Of a DNA stretch of 51,192 bases, positions 14,032 through 27,645 are shown piece by piece; position 1 is the first letter of the stretch; each line of letters opens with the position of its first letter. The notes beneath the pieces are model-generated. The model had not been told where the DNA came from. It did no database searches and worked only from the letters and a program-made list of their open reading frames with translations. Location: contig ADNK01000763.1 in the NCBI GenBank assembly GCA_000320545.1, forward strand, positions 1 to 51,192. The letters are read 5' to 3'. Source of the stretch: Bigelowiella natans CCMP2755. Lineage: Eukaryota; Protista; Cercozoa. The position numbers were made by a program, and so were the translations under genes.

Positions 14032-14560
14032 CTAGGAGCGAGCGCGATTGGATTCATCTTGACACATGCTCGTACTACCGGGGTTGTTTGTCGTGTGTGC
14101 CCATCGCGACTGTGTTCGTGGAGGGTTAGCAGAAGCAGGTCGTGTACTTCCTGTTGAAAACCTTTGCGAATGTTGAGATCGACGAGCGGATGACATGGAA
14201 GATGTCTCAAAACTGGTAAGGAATTTCACGAGTCCGTCAAGAGGTTTAATGAGATCTGCAACCTTCTCCACGTCGGAGCTATAACTCTGAATTAATGTTT
14301 TCGAATTTACTCAGATGTCCTTGCATTTAGATAGGTAAATTAATTGTATTATTTGGAACCTGGATTCTCTTGATTTCTTGTTTGCGCGCACTCTTTATTC
14401 TACTTAAACGTGTCTTTGCAGCAGCTGTCAGTTCGTTACCGTCGAATACTGAAAGATCGCAATCACGTTTGAGAGACAGTTTGAACTAATCATGGACCTC
14501 AAAATTTTCACGATTGCGCAAAACACGCACAAACAAGCTCATAGACAATGAACGTAATAT

Positions 14561-14596
<36 letters not shown>

Positions 14597-16393
14597 CTCG
14601 TAAACATAATTTCACTTGCGAATTGAAAGCTGCGGCGTAGATGCTTCGATTAATACTGATTCATTCTCAAAATCACCTGTGGTATCTATTGCGTCTAGCT
14701 CGAGAACCAACCGTTCGAAATCGTCAATCCTAATGTAAGGAAGAAAAGAGTGTATGCGTGATGAAATGTCGTTTCTTTTGGTTTTGAGTTACCATGACAA
14801 CTGTAATTTCTTGAACTGATTCAGAGACTCCACAAAACTGGGAATTCCTTCGCGGCGATCAATTGAAAAACAATAGGTTAATATTGTCTCAAAGTATCTC
14901 AAACGCGGATTACTTTTGCCTGTCGTGAAGCCTGACAGTAAGCTTGACAGGCCAGTTTGCTTTCTATCGCTCGGGCCTGATATTTGAATAAAAATAAATT
15001 AGGCGCTGAGAGGGTGTTACAGAGCTGAAACCTACTTTCTAGAATTGCGGCTTTGAGGGATGAGATACAAGCTGCAGGTTCCTTTTGCCATAGTGCATCG
15101 GTCTAGAAAGGTGGATTCGTTCAATTAGATGATGCGGGCATCAAACTTGAGAATAGCTCCATGAAATCACCTTATCCTTGATACTATATAAATTCCTCAC
15201 CATCTTATCCATTCGATCCATCTGTGAGCAAATTGAGTTGGATTCGTTGAATTTACCTCAACGAGAAAAATTGGAACCTGTTCATGCTCTTTTTTCCTTA
15301 GGCGATTTATTTTCAATCGGTCTTCAATACTTCTAAGCTTCTTCATTAGTTGCGATATCTACACCGAATAAGTAATTCTTTAGTTCAATGAATATATATT
15401 TGATTATTACTTCTAACCTTTCTTGCACAAGAAGTCGCCACATGTTCGTTCCCCTCCTTTAGATAAGTTATGTCTCATACATTTAATCCCTTGTGCACAA
15501 ATCTCTTTACCTTGAACGCCGATTCTTGTGCCCCTCGATATTTCTTTATCAAGTCTACTGTTCTAAAAAAGTAAAACCGGTTCGATGATTAGTGATAATT
15601 TTCCTGCTTTAAATTATCCTTCCTCTATGTCTAAAATGAGAAATACTTCTCTTGCTCGAGCTTCAGGTCATCAGGAGCGTCCCGTGGTTTTCCTGAGAGC
15701 CATAAAATTTATCATTTTCCAGTTATGCACTAAAATAAGGGATTTTTATCCGATTGTAATATATTATAACCCGAAAACATATGCTTCACGCAGGGAACCC
15801 GCTCGATCGTCTGTGAATGTGTTGGATGGGTGGATGCCGAAAGAAATTGGGCATAGATAGATCAGATGAAACTTTGCTCATTCATATCATCATAGAACAT
15901 GATAATGAAATCTCTCATAGAACATGAGAATGAAGAGAGAACAGCTTCTGACAGGATCGCCGATTCGCATGCTGGTTGCAGACATACCTGTGAGGGAGAG
16001 CTAATTAAGTTCTTCCAGTAGAAACTTAACCGCACACTGAAAAGGTGACTACCGTCATTCTTAATTAAATCCCGGGCGAATTTTGGTTCAGATTCCTTCC
16101 ACGTGCATTATTTGCCGAGCAATCGGAATAGCTGACCAGATTTCCAACTTGAGCACAAGAGCAGATGTCGCAGTGAAATTGTTGCCTTTGGTTCCTCCCC
16201 AGAAGGAAATGCCCGATAAAATTTCAGGAATTTACCCGAGAACTCGCGGTGGTTGCGGCACATTTGTCAGTCTCTTTGTCGATGAATATCCAGTTGATCC
16301 TGGATAAAACTTATTATATTTTTCTTCCTTAATGTGCTGCGACAAACAATATTTCTGATACCCTTCTGTTGATAAAAAAGCGTCTTTTGTCAT
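14032..16393 (-). CDS. Multi-exon hypothetical coiled-coil protein; start uncertain
   Basis: GT-AG-bounded exons: MTKDAFLSTEGYQKYCLSQHIKEEKYNKFYPGSTG... / ISQLMKKLRSIEDRLKINRLRKKEHEQ / IDDFERLVLELDAIDTTGDFENESVLIEAS / KTRLSRIKSARKQEIKRIQ / VEKVADLIKPLDGLVKFLTSF...NRARS*. Confidence 0.55.
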
Positions 16394-17144
16394 GAGATTG
16401 AATGTAGTTCTGGAATGAGAGTGTAGAAGAAGCCCTCAGACGTAACTTTGCTCCACAGAAGCGAAATTGCTTTTTCAAGGTGATTTCCTCGTGTGTGGGC
16501 TAAAAGATAAATTATTAAATTAGAATTATTTTATTAATAACGACATACTATATTTGACAATTATAGATTATTAATGCAGTTTAAATAGATCTATATAAAT
16601 TTTCGTGTCTCAATGCAAATGTCAAGATTATGTAAATACCCTGCGTTAAACTTAGATAGTGAGCAACGTTTTCTTATGGCATAATCTGAGAACTAGCACA
16701 AAATTTTCCAAGCGCACACCGAAGATGAGCGCAAAAGTCTTCATTAACGACAACAACATTTGCATAACGTCATAAGAATTTCGCCTCCATTTTGAAGCGT
16801 ATTTCGTAAAGCCAGGGAGAAGGTGCGTCCGCCTTGCTCCCCCTGACCACCCTGTTTCTACGGAAGAAAATGACCCTTAGGGAAATGTTTCTCGAATGCA
16901 TCATTTGCCTAAAAAGATGACAATCACAGTTTACAGTAGTTAGATGGATGTTGAATTTGCAGTTCATGTAGAGGGTTATTTGACTCTACTTTCACTTAAA
17001 AGATTGCTGAACATACTTAATATTCATTCGTTTATCATGCGTCCCGCAGAGTCTTGAACATTCAAAATTCACTTCTCAATCGAACTCTGTTGCCACAACT
17101 AATCCCAATCCCAATATGTTCGCACAGGATACCCATCAGAAAGA

Positions 17145-20100
17145 ATGTCGTATGGGAAATCGAAATATAATCACATAAATCTAAGCAACTCATTCACAAA
17201 ATCCAATAATCGTCATGGATCCGGTAATATTCTCCACGATTCTTTGACAAACTATCTTGGTAATGAGACTCTTCTCTAGGTCGCTTACTTCTTGGACGAG
17301 GCAGACGATCTACGAAGCCAATAAAAAAGACTCACGATCCAAAACCTTTCAACCTTCCCGCTTCCAGCTCCACCTTCGAGACTAGCAAATCTCTTGTTCC
17401 CCCAGGAAGTACAGGATGGGGAAGTCGGAATGTCGATCCCACACCCAAACCAGTGGTCAAGGTTACTATTTCCTTCTTACGTAGATACCAATCGCCAATG
17501 CGTTCGGAGTTAATGTATTTTCATTACAGCCTGCGGAAACAGCCCCACAGCCTGCCCCCAAGCCTGCATGGAAGGTACATTAAATATCCGCCACACTCTT
17601 CACGCCGATCCTCATCTCCGAACATTCAATTGCAGACGAAACCTGTCATGCCCCAACCAAGAAAACAAGTTGCTGCGGCGCTGAATTCGTTAAAATCGGA
17701 ACGTGCTAAAAAGCAAGAGAAGGAGTTTCCTTCCTTGCCTATGAACCAGCAAGAAGACACAGATGTGTAAGTGAGACGTCCGAAAGATTTTAGATAAATG
17801 CTGACTCGATTGATATCTTCAGGAAAGGGGAGCAAAAAGTGATTACGGAGCAAGTCGAGGGTAATTATTTGATTTGATGAAGCTACAGCAGTGAATGCAG
17901 AAGAGGGGGGGGGGGGGGGGGGGGGGGGTTAGGGTTAGGGGGGGGGATGTGGGAGAGAAAGAGAGAGAGACTATGAATTTCTGTTACTACCCCTCGTGAG
18001 ACAAGGATGATTATCAACTTCTCATTGATGACATATGTGCTCGTGAATGACAACCGCCATGCTAATCTGAGTCGAAGGAGTTCAATTGTAGACCTGAATC
18101 AGAGTTACATTTGTGTTGTGACTTCCCTCATATGCCTTTTCCTTTCCATCCAGACATGTCGGAGTTTATTAGCGAGTGGGGTGAAAGCGAAGGAGGGATG
18201 GATTTCGACCAACCTCTAATGTTTGGAGAAGAAAGTCAAGGTGGGCAAGGCATGGACGACGCAATTCCTGGGGAGCCAGAAGGTGTTGGAAGGGTTGATG
18301 CCCAGGAAACAAAGGAAGATAATGAAGGCGCTGACGATATGGGGGGTATACCGATGCCCTCTTGGGCTGATGATGAGGTCACCGACTTAGGCCCCTCCTC
18401 CTGGGCTGATGATTTGCCCCCTACTACAAATGCTACCGTCCTCGAAACTGTTAATCCAACAAAAACTAACATTAATGACGATCATCACCTACAACGTGAT
18501 TCGGGTGGAGAGTCGTTAGTGAAACCACCTGTAAGGAATGAATCTAGCACGTTACCACCTGAACCGGCACCGTTCCGTCAGCGTCCACCTGAGAAGCCTA
18601 GACCTGCAGAAAACAATAAGACTTTAGTTACATCTCCAGATGATCCGATAAAAAAGAGAACTGCCGAGGAGGAGGCAGAACTAGCTCAAGAGGAACAAAT
18701 GCGGCTCATGCGCGAAAAACAAAGACAAAGAATACAGCAACGGCGAGAGCGGGAGGAAAGGGAAGCTCGAGAGAAGAAGGAAAGATTGGAGGCCAAGCTC
18801 CGAGCTCTGGCTGGGAAGCCATCATCATCAAAGCCCAAACCAGCAGAACCAGCGGCAAGGCCTCCAAGGAGGCGAATTGATGATTTCTCGAGAGTGAAAG
18901 TGATGCGCAGACCATCTCAGAAATCTAGTAATGAGAATCAGCCGCCACCGCCAAACAAGCCTCCACCACCTTCCTCACAGCCTCCTAGTCGTCGCAGCGC
19001 GGTTGTGTCAGAGAGGAACAATAAGGGCGCATCTTCTGATAGCGCTGGAGCAGAAACCCAGGTGCGTCACATTGTGCGCCGACAAAAGAAAAGTGTCGGG
19101 GCAGACGAGGTACAAGATGATCCTAGGTACGCCCTGGCCAGATGGCCAGTAGGTCCTCGTGCCGGTAGCAGAAGGAAGAACGTGGGAACTGTCGGCGCTA
19201 ACTGTGAACCACGGCCATGGGAACATCCCACAGCAGCTTCTGGTGTAGGCCCTGCCCCAGCTCCACCTCCAGACCCAAACGAGTCCGTAATCATGTCACC
19301 TTACTTCATACACATCATCCAACCCGACCATGCACGCCCCGGCCTTCCAACCTCGGGACAAACACCCTCTCCTCCACAACCACCTTCAACATCGTTCCCG
19401 AACAAGATAGTCACCTCTCTGCAGGAAGTAGGCAACGTTGGGATTAATCAGCAACTGCATCAACTACAGCTCAACGAGGCTGCGGCTGCGCTGATGGGTA
19501 AGAACGCAAGCTCGTGGGTGAAAGAGCAAGCAGCTGCAACCGCGGCCGCGGCAGGGCTCAATGCGGCAACGGCGGCAGCAGCTGCCATCGGGGCCACAAC
19601 AGCAGGCAAAAGAAGCAAAGAATCCTCTACAGACGGAACCAATCGCGAAAACAGGAGAATTCCAGTTGGGGGGGCTGTACCAATGGTGAGCCCGGGCACT
19701 TCTCCATTCATGCATCTCGGCCCTACACCAAGCGTAGTCATAATGGGAGGAAGGTCAGAGAGAAAGGACGGAAAGGTAAGCGGTGACGGCAAGGTGAAGC
19801 ACCAGCCACAGACAAGCCCTCAGTCATCAATCTCAACTGCAACTCAACAGCAACTTCCCTCCACCACAGCCACCGCCACCACTACCACCCCCGCCACGCA
19901 ACTACCAGGCCTTGTACACGGAGTAGGCGCCTTTCCCCTTGGCCTGGCGAAGTGGGATAAGGATACGAGCACAGCAGCTACAAACACATCCGCAGCTACG
20001 CTTATACAGACACCGGGAAGCGGATCTTCTAATAGCGCGATTGAGAGACCGAATCCTACGGCTTCGTGGTCTCAATCGCCTCGTCTCGTTCCAAGCTTCG

Positions 20101-20567
20101 CGGGATTTCATCCTATCACACCCCAGCACACGTTCCTCAAGCAAACAGGCCCAGGAGGTTGAACAACAAGCCCAAACCATTGCTAATTATATTGGCTAAC
20201 AACCTAAAATGCCTTCCTCTTATGCGTGCTATGTGTGTCATGCTTTGCCTGCGTAACTGCATCATTTATTATTTTTTTAAGGAGAGGCTTCCTTCTTATT
20301 ATCACCAGTATGAAGAAGTATGCTAACAACCTCTCTCCTTATAACACCACAACTAGGTGCTACTACTACTACCGGACCATATTTGGCCACATTCCGCGCC
20401 GATGCCGTTCAATGGGGCTCGATGCCTACTCAAGCAGCGATGTTTGGAGGAACTGGACAGCAGATAGCGGAGGCGGTGAACAAGGCAGCGGCTTCGGGAA
20501 GCAACGCTGGCAACAGTTCTGCTGCTGCTTCGACCGCTACTACCGGAGCAGTAGGAGCACAGGAATT

Positions 20568-20604
<37 letters not shown>

Positions 20605-22445
20605 ACCAATGCGCGTAGTACCGGTGCCGGTAATCAAGCAAGCGGTAGTAGTAGCAGCAGTAGTAGTGGCGACAACAGAGGACGGAGGGCAAACACGGCT
20701 GCAGTCACACCTACCACATCAACTGCCAATACGAACAGCGGTGCTGGTGCTGGTGGGAATGGCGGATCAGATCTATCTTCCGCTGTTGCTGCCGCCGCTG
20801 CCGCGAACCCGTCATCGTCGCAAAGCAGCTGGGCCGCGCAAGCTGCCCACTTCGCACAGCAGCAGCAGCAGCAACAACAACAACAACAACAGCAAGCCCA
20901 ACAACACGCAGCAGCTACTACCCCTGCGCATTATGCCGTGAGGAACTACAATACCATCTTCCCTGGGCAAACCTTTGCGCGAGGATTCTCGCCGGGAATC
21001 CCTGGGGGTTCGATCCTTGTTAATACCCCGAGCAACTTCTTCCCGTCACAGCAACCCGGGATCTGGAAAATCCCTATGCCTTCCGCCACATCGGGTAAGG
21101 CAAATCAAAACGAAGGCAGCAGCAGCAGCAACACTAGCACTAGCAGCTCCTAGGCAAATAGATAGCATGTCTCCTCCTGTGATACTCCTTTCTAACTTAT
21201 GATGATGATGGTGATGCAGGAAACCAACCCTCTGGCCAGCAAAGCACCACTTCCACAGCAGGAGGCCCTGCTGGCACCACGAATGCTCAGACCATTTCCA
21301 GCCAAAATGCGAGCGCTGCAGGTGAGCTGAGATGATGGACTGCTGCTAAAGCAATGTGTGTTCCTCTATCAGAAATAATAATTGACAGTCAACTATTTAC
21401 CCACCACCTCAGCGAAGGGATTCGTTCCGACCGGGCAAATGTTCATGCAAAGTACGTAAATAATTCTACCTAAAACCACGCATGCATGGCATCAAAATCG
21501 TCGTCCAATCTTATTGCTCTCGTCCTTGTTCTTTGCAACGAATGAATGAATGAGCAGGTAATCTCAAGTCGCCGTTGGGATTCCCCACGACAGTCATCCA
21601 GGGCCAAGCATCAATACTGCCCACAACAACGGTGACCCAGGGAACAGCGGCAGCAGCAGCTGCGGCAGCAGCAGCCCAAAACGGCATAGTAGGTGGCAAC
21701 AGTCGGCTCCAGCCTCATGCTCAAATACTCCAGAACCACCACTTCATGAACATAGCGCTCAATCGTGCTGCGTTCCAGCAATCTGGAGCTCAGACCATAA
21801 CGTCCGTAGCAACCGCGCCGCAGCAGCAAGCGAGTGCGCAGCAGAAGCATGGCATGGCTAATGTGGCAAAAGCCGGGGGGGCAGGAGCCGATAGGATGTC
21901 TCAGCTGCAACTCAGCCAAGCTCAATTCCAACTTATTCACCAGCATCGCCTGAACCAACGTCAACAACAGCAGCAGCCTCACCCCCAACCCTACCATCAC
22001 AATCTCCACCACCAGCAGCAGCAGCAGCTCCTCCACCACCACCACGGCCAACAGGCTGATGTGAAGTCATCCCAGCTGCATCATCACAACCGAGCCCAGT
22101 CCCGCACACCAGCAGCAACCTCGAAACCCTTTGCGACCAATATCAAAGTCACCAAACACGGCATCAAAGCCTTTTCCCCCGCGACGGCAAACGGCAACAG
22201 CAGCCAAGCTGCCTTTGTCCCTGCTTCTCGGGGCGGCAAAAACAATGCAAGGCACGCAAAGCAAAATGGTGGCGGTGCCTCCAAAAGTGTGCCGGGTTCT
22301 TCTGCGAAACGGTCGGGAGGAAACGGCGCCTCTCAGGAAAATAGAAATAGCGGCAGCACCCGCAACTCGTCGCGGAAATTCACAAAGTCCACGCGCAGCT
22401 CTCGTGGAGGAGGTAGAGGGTCCGGTAGAGGAAGGGGCAGAGGGG

Positions 22446-22476
<31 letters not shown>

Positions 22477-22669
22477 AAGCAAAGGAGGTAGCAGCAACTA
22501 CGTGAGCGGTGGTGGTGGTGGTGGCAAACGTGGTAATGGCCATTCTAGCAGTGTCGGTGGTACGAAAGGAGGACATAGCGGTGGTGGGAGTGCTAGAGGA
22601 GGAGGCAGTAAGCCTAAGAAACGCTGGCAGGTCAAGACTCCGGCCAGTGCAGCAACACCGTCTTCATGA
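17145..22669 (+). CDS. PRRC2/BAT2 (plant MOS1)-like large, intrinsically disordered protein with BAT2_N motifs
   Basis: The N-terminus MSYGKSKYNHINLSNSF...RHGSGRLLLGR...KPFNLP...SLVPPGSTGWGS follows the BAT2_N pattern (KYxxLNL...PANLP...SLVPKDGTGW). It is followed by EFPSL, MDFDQPLMFGEE, SWADDE and the coiled coil RREREEREAREKKERLEAKLRAL, then polyQ/polyA/His tracts and an RG/RGG-rich end. Includes ORFs 18111-20162, 20320-21153 and 21575-22669. Confidence 0.75.
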
Positions 22670-22899
22670 TGCTTCACCAATCAGCCTGCTGTCAGGAAAG
22701 CAGAAGCGCAGTCGTGATGTGATTTTGATAGTAGAAGGTGGCTGACATGATCTACGTTATTGATGATCAGAAGACACAGTACCTACACCACTTGCTTCGT
22801 AATTGTTGGTCGTTAATCGATTCTGCATCGTGATAGCGCCCCATTCGTATCGCACGCGGGAATCATTGCACTATCCCGTCACTTATAAACACACCGACG

Positions 22900-23400
22900 C
22901 TGTGCAGTTGATTATGGCTTGCATGAATGCATAAAGTTCAGCCATCCGGTTGATCTAGCTAGAGATATGCGATGCGATGTTATGCAGCTAGCCAGATCGA
23001 CAATAGACATACGTATATTATTATATATATTATATATACTGTGTCTATAGTATCGATATAGATATGTCTACATATAGAGACCACAGCTAGTGGCTCTATA
23101 AGCGATTTGAGCAGATTTAGAGGCATATCTAGCACATAGGAAGCGTACAGCCGCCTCATGCTAGCATGTGTAGTTGCTGAGTGCAAAAGTAAAGCTAGAA
23201 AGTGCCGTGACGCGTTGCCAAATGAGGTTGATGACCAAGCTAGCAAGCTAGCAAGCAGCAAGATGCGAAGTGCAGCTGCATTTATTTGGTTTCACCATTG
23301 TAGCGTCACAGCTCTACTGCAAATCTAGAAATTCTTGACATGCTACGGCTGTAAATGCAACTTTATGTCGAGCTGCAGGCTACGATACGACACCAAGTCG
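22900..23400. repeat. GCTAGC/CATG-rich tract between convergent gene ends
   Basis: tctagctaga, catgctagcatg, and overlapping CAAGCTAGCAAG copies at 23236 and 23244. Confidence 0.5.
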
Positions 23401-23461
23401 AGCTCATTGTTAGGGAAAATTTTCGATAGATGCTGGGACTATCCCTTCTTCAGATCATGCA

Positions 23462-26417
23462 TCAAGGCCGGCTAGTAAATGCTGAGTCAAACGGTACACA
23501 CCACTCGTGGAAAAAGGCGTTAATTTTTGTAATTCTTTCGTCTTGAAGAACTTTGAGATATTCCTCTGCATCTGCACTGGGTTGTATACTCAGCGTTCGC
23601 ATATGATCGAGAAGCTTCCTTGCCACACTGGAATTTCGACGTCCAAATCTATTTAATGAAAGAGGAAAAGTAAGATTCTCAGGGGTGGTGTAGTAGCCAT
23701 TGCAATGCTCAGTAGTAGGGAACCTTAACATCAAATCCCAGTGATCTGCTGTTGCTTGTGATGACTCCACCAGCCGTTCAAATATCTATGTAAGATGAAT
23801 ACAACATCACCCGGAGCTATCTTCCCTTCGTGCATTCCAGATTAGTACACAGGCGGATGGAGGGTGATTGCATAGGGGAAAATATCAGCAAAAATCATAC
23901 ACACGCTTGTGGCAGCTCTGGGACGAACCTGCCACGCTCTTTCCGCATTCATGGCCCCGCGACGGCCCCGCAGGACATAGGCTATGTTTTCTTCCGGGAG
24001 AATGGTTTTCAGAGCACCCAACAGCTGAATCCCATTACTCTTTCCCTTGTGCGGAACGACCTTGCGCAGCACCTCCTCATCTGCTTCCGTTGGCCTCTTT
24101 GCTTCGACCAGAACGCTCAAGTACTTTGTGCGATAAGTGGCGAGTACTGCGGAAAATACACGCAAACGCCGTCCGATCAGTCACTCCTCTACACATCTTC
24201 CACATCTTTTGTAAGTTAACTTCCTTAAAAAAAAATGAGGGGAGGGGGAGAGCCAGCAAGGAAATAGTAGCGGTAGGGGTTAACGATGCTAATGAAGACG
24301 ACGAGGATGGTGATTATGATGATGATTATGATGATAGTTTTGATGACAGAGATCGTCTTCGAGCATCCTTGCCAGTTCCTGGCGTACTTCTGCAGCACAA
24401 GACTTCATCAACTCAAGGGTCGCCTGAGCAGCCATTCCGTCGGCCTGCATGATAGCATGGTACAGAATATCCGATAATGTCCCTGTCTCGACAATCCAGG
24501 GATGCAACTGAAAACAAAAACAAGGAGATGGAGAACATCAAAAAAGGAAGAGCATTTCCTCCTGAGAATCATTATTACGAGCAGCACCTTGATGGCATCA
24601 GGCATCTGTTGTATGGCTTCAGCGGGAGTGAGAATGCCCTCCTTCAAGCAGACGCAGATGGTCTGGGCAGAAACTGGGAGACCGATAAATAAATAACAAC
24701 ACCATCGAATGAGGCCTACTGCAGCAGGAATTGATGAATGGGAGGGTGATTGCGTACAATACGGAGGTGGTCAAGTGGAAAGGGATAGTGATGGTTGATC
24801 GGCAGGGAGGAGACCACTTTGCTACTACGTGGCACGTACATCGCCCTCGACTTATAAGCGTTGAGATCAGTTCGAATGCTTCATCACGTTTGCCCCTTCT
24901 TTGCCTACGTGGTTTATTGATTTCAGGGCTTTGGTCATCACCGCCGATGCTGTTGTGGTCAGAGAGAGGTGTAGTTAGTGGTGGTGGAAGAACACACAGC
25001 TCGAGCAGCCTGTCTTCGCGCATTCGGTGCACATGAATGTTGGTACTCCTCCCTACGTCGCTTAGCCGTGATATCCGTATCTGCATTCGAATTGAGGAGG
25101 AAAGGCAGGGCCAACGGCATAATCAAGATGGTGCTAGTTTCTCCAGGGCGATTGCGGTACGTGAGAACCCCACTCCAACTATGATTTTGGGGTACGTACG
25201 TACGTACGACGGAACACAAATTGGCCGTAGCGACCCAGCACATGTTGACCGCTTTGCAGGGATTCACCCGTCGGCGAGCTCAGCACCCGGTGGGAATCGC
25301 ACGAAATAGCATGATTTTGAAAGTACGTCAATGCGCATTCATACATCACAGACCATATTGTGTCCCAAGCTCACTTTATACTTCTCCATGTGGTGCGTCA
25401 GCTTTTTCGCCATAGCATAATCCCCCTCGATGATGCTCATGTTGTACTGGCATCAGCAAAGAACACAAGTCACGCCGATTGGATTGTGGAGGGAGGGAGG
25501 GAGGGGAGAAGAAAAGGGGGGGGGGGGGGGGCAGTGTTTGGAATCGGTTAATGAATCCCCACCAACGAATGGTAAGCGATCTTATCCGGCCAGACGTTAT
25601 TTCTAAGCATCTCAGTCCATAGCGGCAACGCGGTCCGCAGGCTCGGGCACACGGATTGAAACATGGTGTTGTACTGATACTTGTCTGCCACCCCAGCATT
25701 CTGGAGCTGACGGAACAATCGCCACACCTCCTTCTCGGCTGTTAAGCTGCCCCTCTTTGCCAGCCCACCCAAATGCGACAGCAAGCTGGTGCGACGGCGG
25801 GACAACTCTTCCTTAAAGGAGGAGGAGGAGGAGGAGGAAGAAGAAGAACCGGACGACGAGCAGTTCATTCCTGCTTCGATGCAGCATAACAGCAACGTTA
25901 TCATGAATATAATGTAGCGATAAAATGGAGAGTTGGGGTGGGGGGGGAGAGGCGTGACCTTTATCCTCCGCTCGCGGCTGCAATTTGAAGTTATGACGTC
26001 CCTGGCACAGGTCCAGGGCTGCGTTCGCGTGGTGGCTTGTCGGTGTTATTCCCCGCGATGCCATCTGCACATTATCATCATCCGCAACGCCGCTCTTAGG
26101 GGTGTTCTTTTGTCTCGCAGGGTAAGGAAGAAAGTAAGAGGTGATGCACAACAACGCTTCTACAAGGTGGTGGAAGAAGAAGAAGAAGAAAAGACGAATC
26201 ACAGCAGACCTCATCCAAAATCTTCACAATGTCTTCTATCCTATTTTCGACTGCTAGCGTAATTAGCGCGAGGTTATAATGCTTCTCTTCAGGTTGCAGC
26301 TGAGATTCCTTCTGCATCAGCTGTAACATCTCTGTCTTGCCACTCCCACAAACTGGAGCATAGCGCATGAAGATTTCTGGGATATCAATGCCTCTTTTTA
26401 ACTCAAATTTGATATGG

Positions 26418-26453
<36 letters not shown>

Positions 26454-27645
26454 TCATGCGAGGGTTCCGTTACTGCTATTGTTACTAGTAGTAGTACTAC
26501 TACCCCAGAGATAGGGACAAGCCAGCTTTCTCGCGACAAGAACATTATGGAAATACTTCGCAGCATGCCACGACTCATCGCTCCCCTTCTTGGCGTACAT
26601 CAGTAATAAATTCTGAATGAACCTGTCCGTGCGCAAGCAAACATAACGATGAACATATGCATGTATTTCACGTACGCATGTGTGGATGGATGGATGGAAG
26701 GATGGATTGGGAGCAAAAATTTGGTTGCTATGGCCTCCTGCCAGTAGATTAGGAATTTCATAGCACTCACGAGTTGCGTTGCTTGAGAACGTAGTCTGGT
26801 ACACCCCACATCTTTTGGTGAGGACGATTCCGCAGCCCGGTGCTAGCAAACCTCTCCTTGAGAGATTCTACGCATAGCATTACAAACATATTTTGTCCTT
26901 AATATCAAATTGAAAGCACTAGTACATGCTCGTCGTTGTGGTCCGCAATAAAATATCATACACTACTACTTTCAAGCTCCTTATCTCCTTCGAATCTTGC
27001 CCTCGCTAGGAGGATGCCATAAGTAGCAGCATTAGGCGCCACCCCCTCCCTCTCCATCAGGTCGAGTATGTTCAGCATATTTCTACAGGGTCCTATCCAG
27101 TACTTAAAAACAGCGTTGAAGTCAAATGTGGTAGCTTTTTTAATCAGAATGAGTTCCTTGAATAGTCTCATCGCCATGGAGCGGGTTGAGGTCCTTCCGT
27201 CCTGGAACAGGGTCCTCAGAATATCATCGCCAAGAACTGGGGGACGGCGCCGCGGGCTACCTGATGTTGTGATGGCACGGGTGAAGTGACCTTCCTTCGT
27301 ATCTTCGCCCTGTTCATGAAGAACATCGTTGTTTTGCCGAGCTGTGCTCATCCCTCGCCATATTCTATCGTATTTGAATTCGCTCGTCTTTGTTTGAGCT
27401 GTAAGTCTTGGAGAGGGTGAGTAGGACGATGTCGAGGACAAATGGTAGATGTGTGGATAGCAGTTTTGGACCCTTATCCCTTGTGCGCTCCGATCTGGTA
27501 TGTACACGGCTTCAACTTGGAGCTTCTTCGCCGGAATCCTTCTTCTCTTCCTTTCAGATTCGGTAACCACATTGTTCACAACGCAAGGGGAAGAGAATGA
27601 CACGCGATGTGTCACTCTCTTGACCAGAGCGCTTGAGGCTCTCAT
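23462..27645 (-). CDS. Pentatricopeptide-repeat (PPR)-like protein, probably organelle (mitochondrion) targeted; multi-exon
   Basis: PPR-like helix pairs: LDLMEREGVAPNAATYGILL; LMQKESQLQPEEKHYNLAL; VWRLFRQLQNAGVADKYQYNTM; LWTEMLRNNVWPDKIAYHSL; LLDHMRTLSIQPS. The N-terminus MRASSALVKRVTHRVSFSS is Arg/Ser-rich with no acidic residues. Confidence 0.75.

Noticed and set aside
15890-15935. Imperfect direct repeat catagaacatga(t/g)aatgaa
   Set aside because: Only two copies in a probable intron; an ordinary local duplication.
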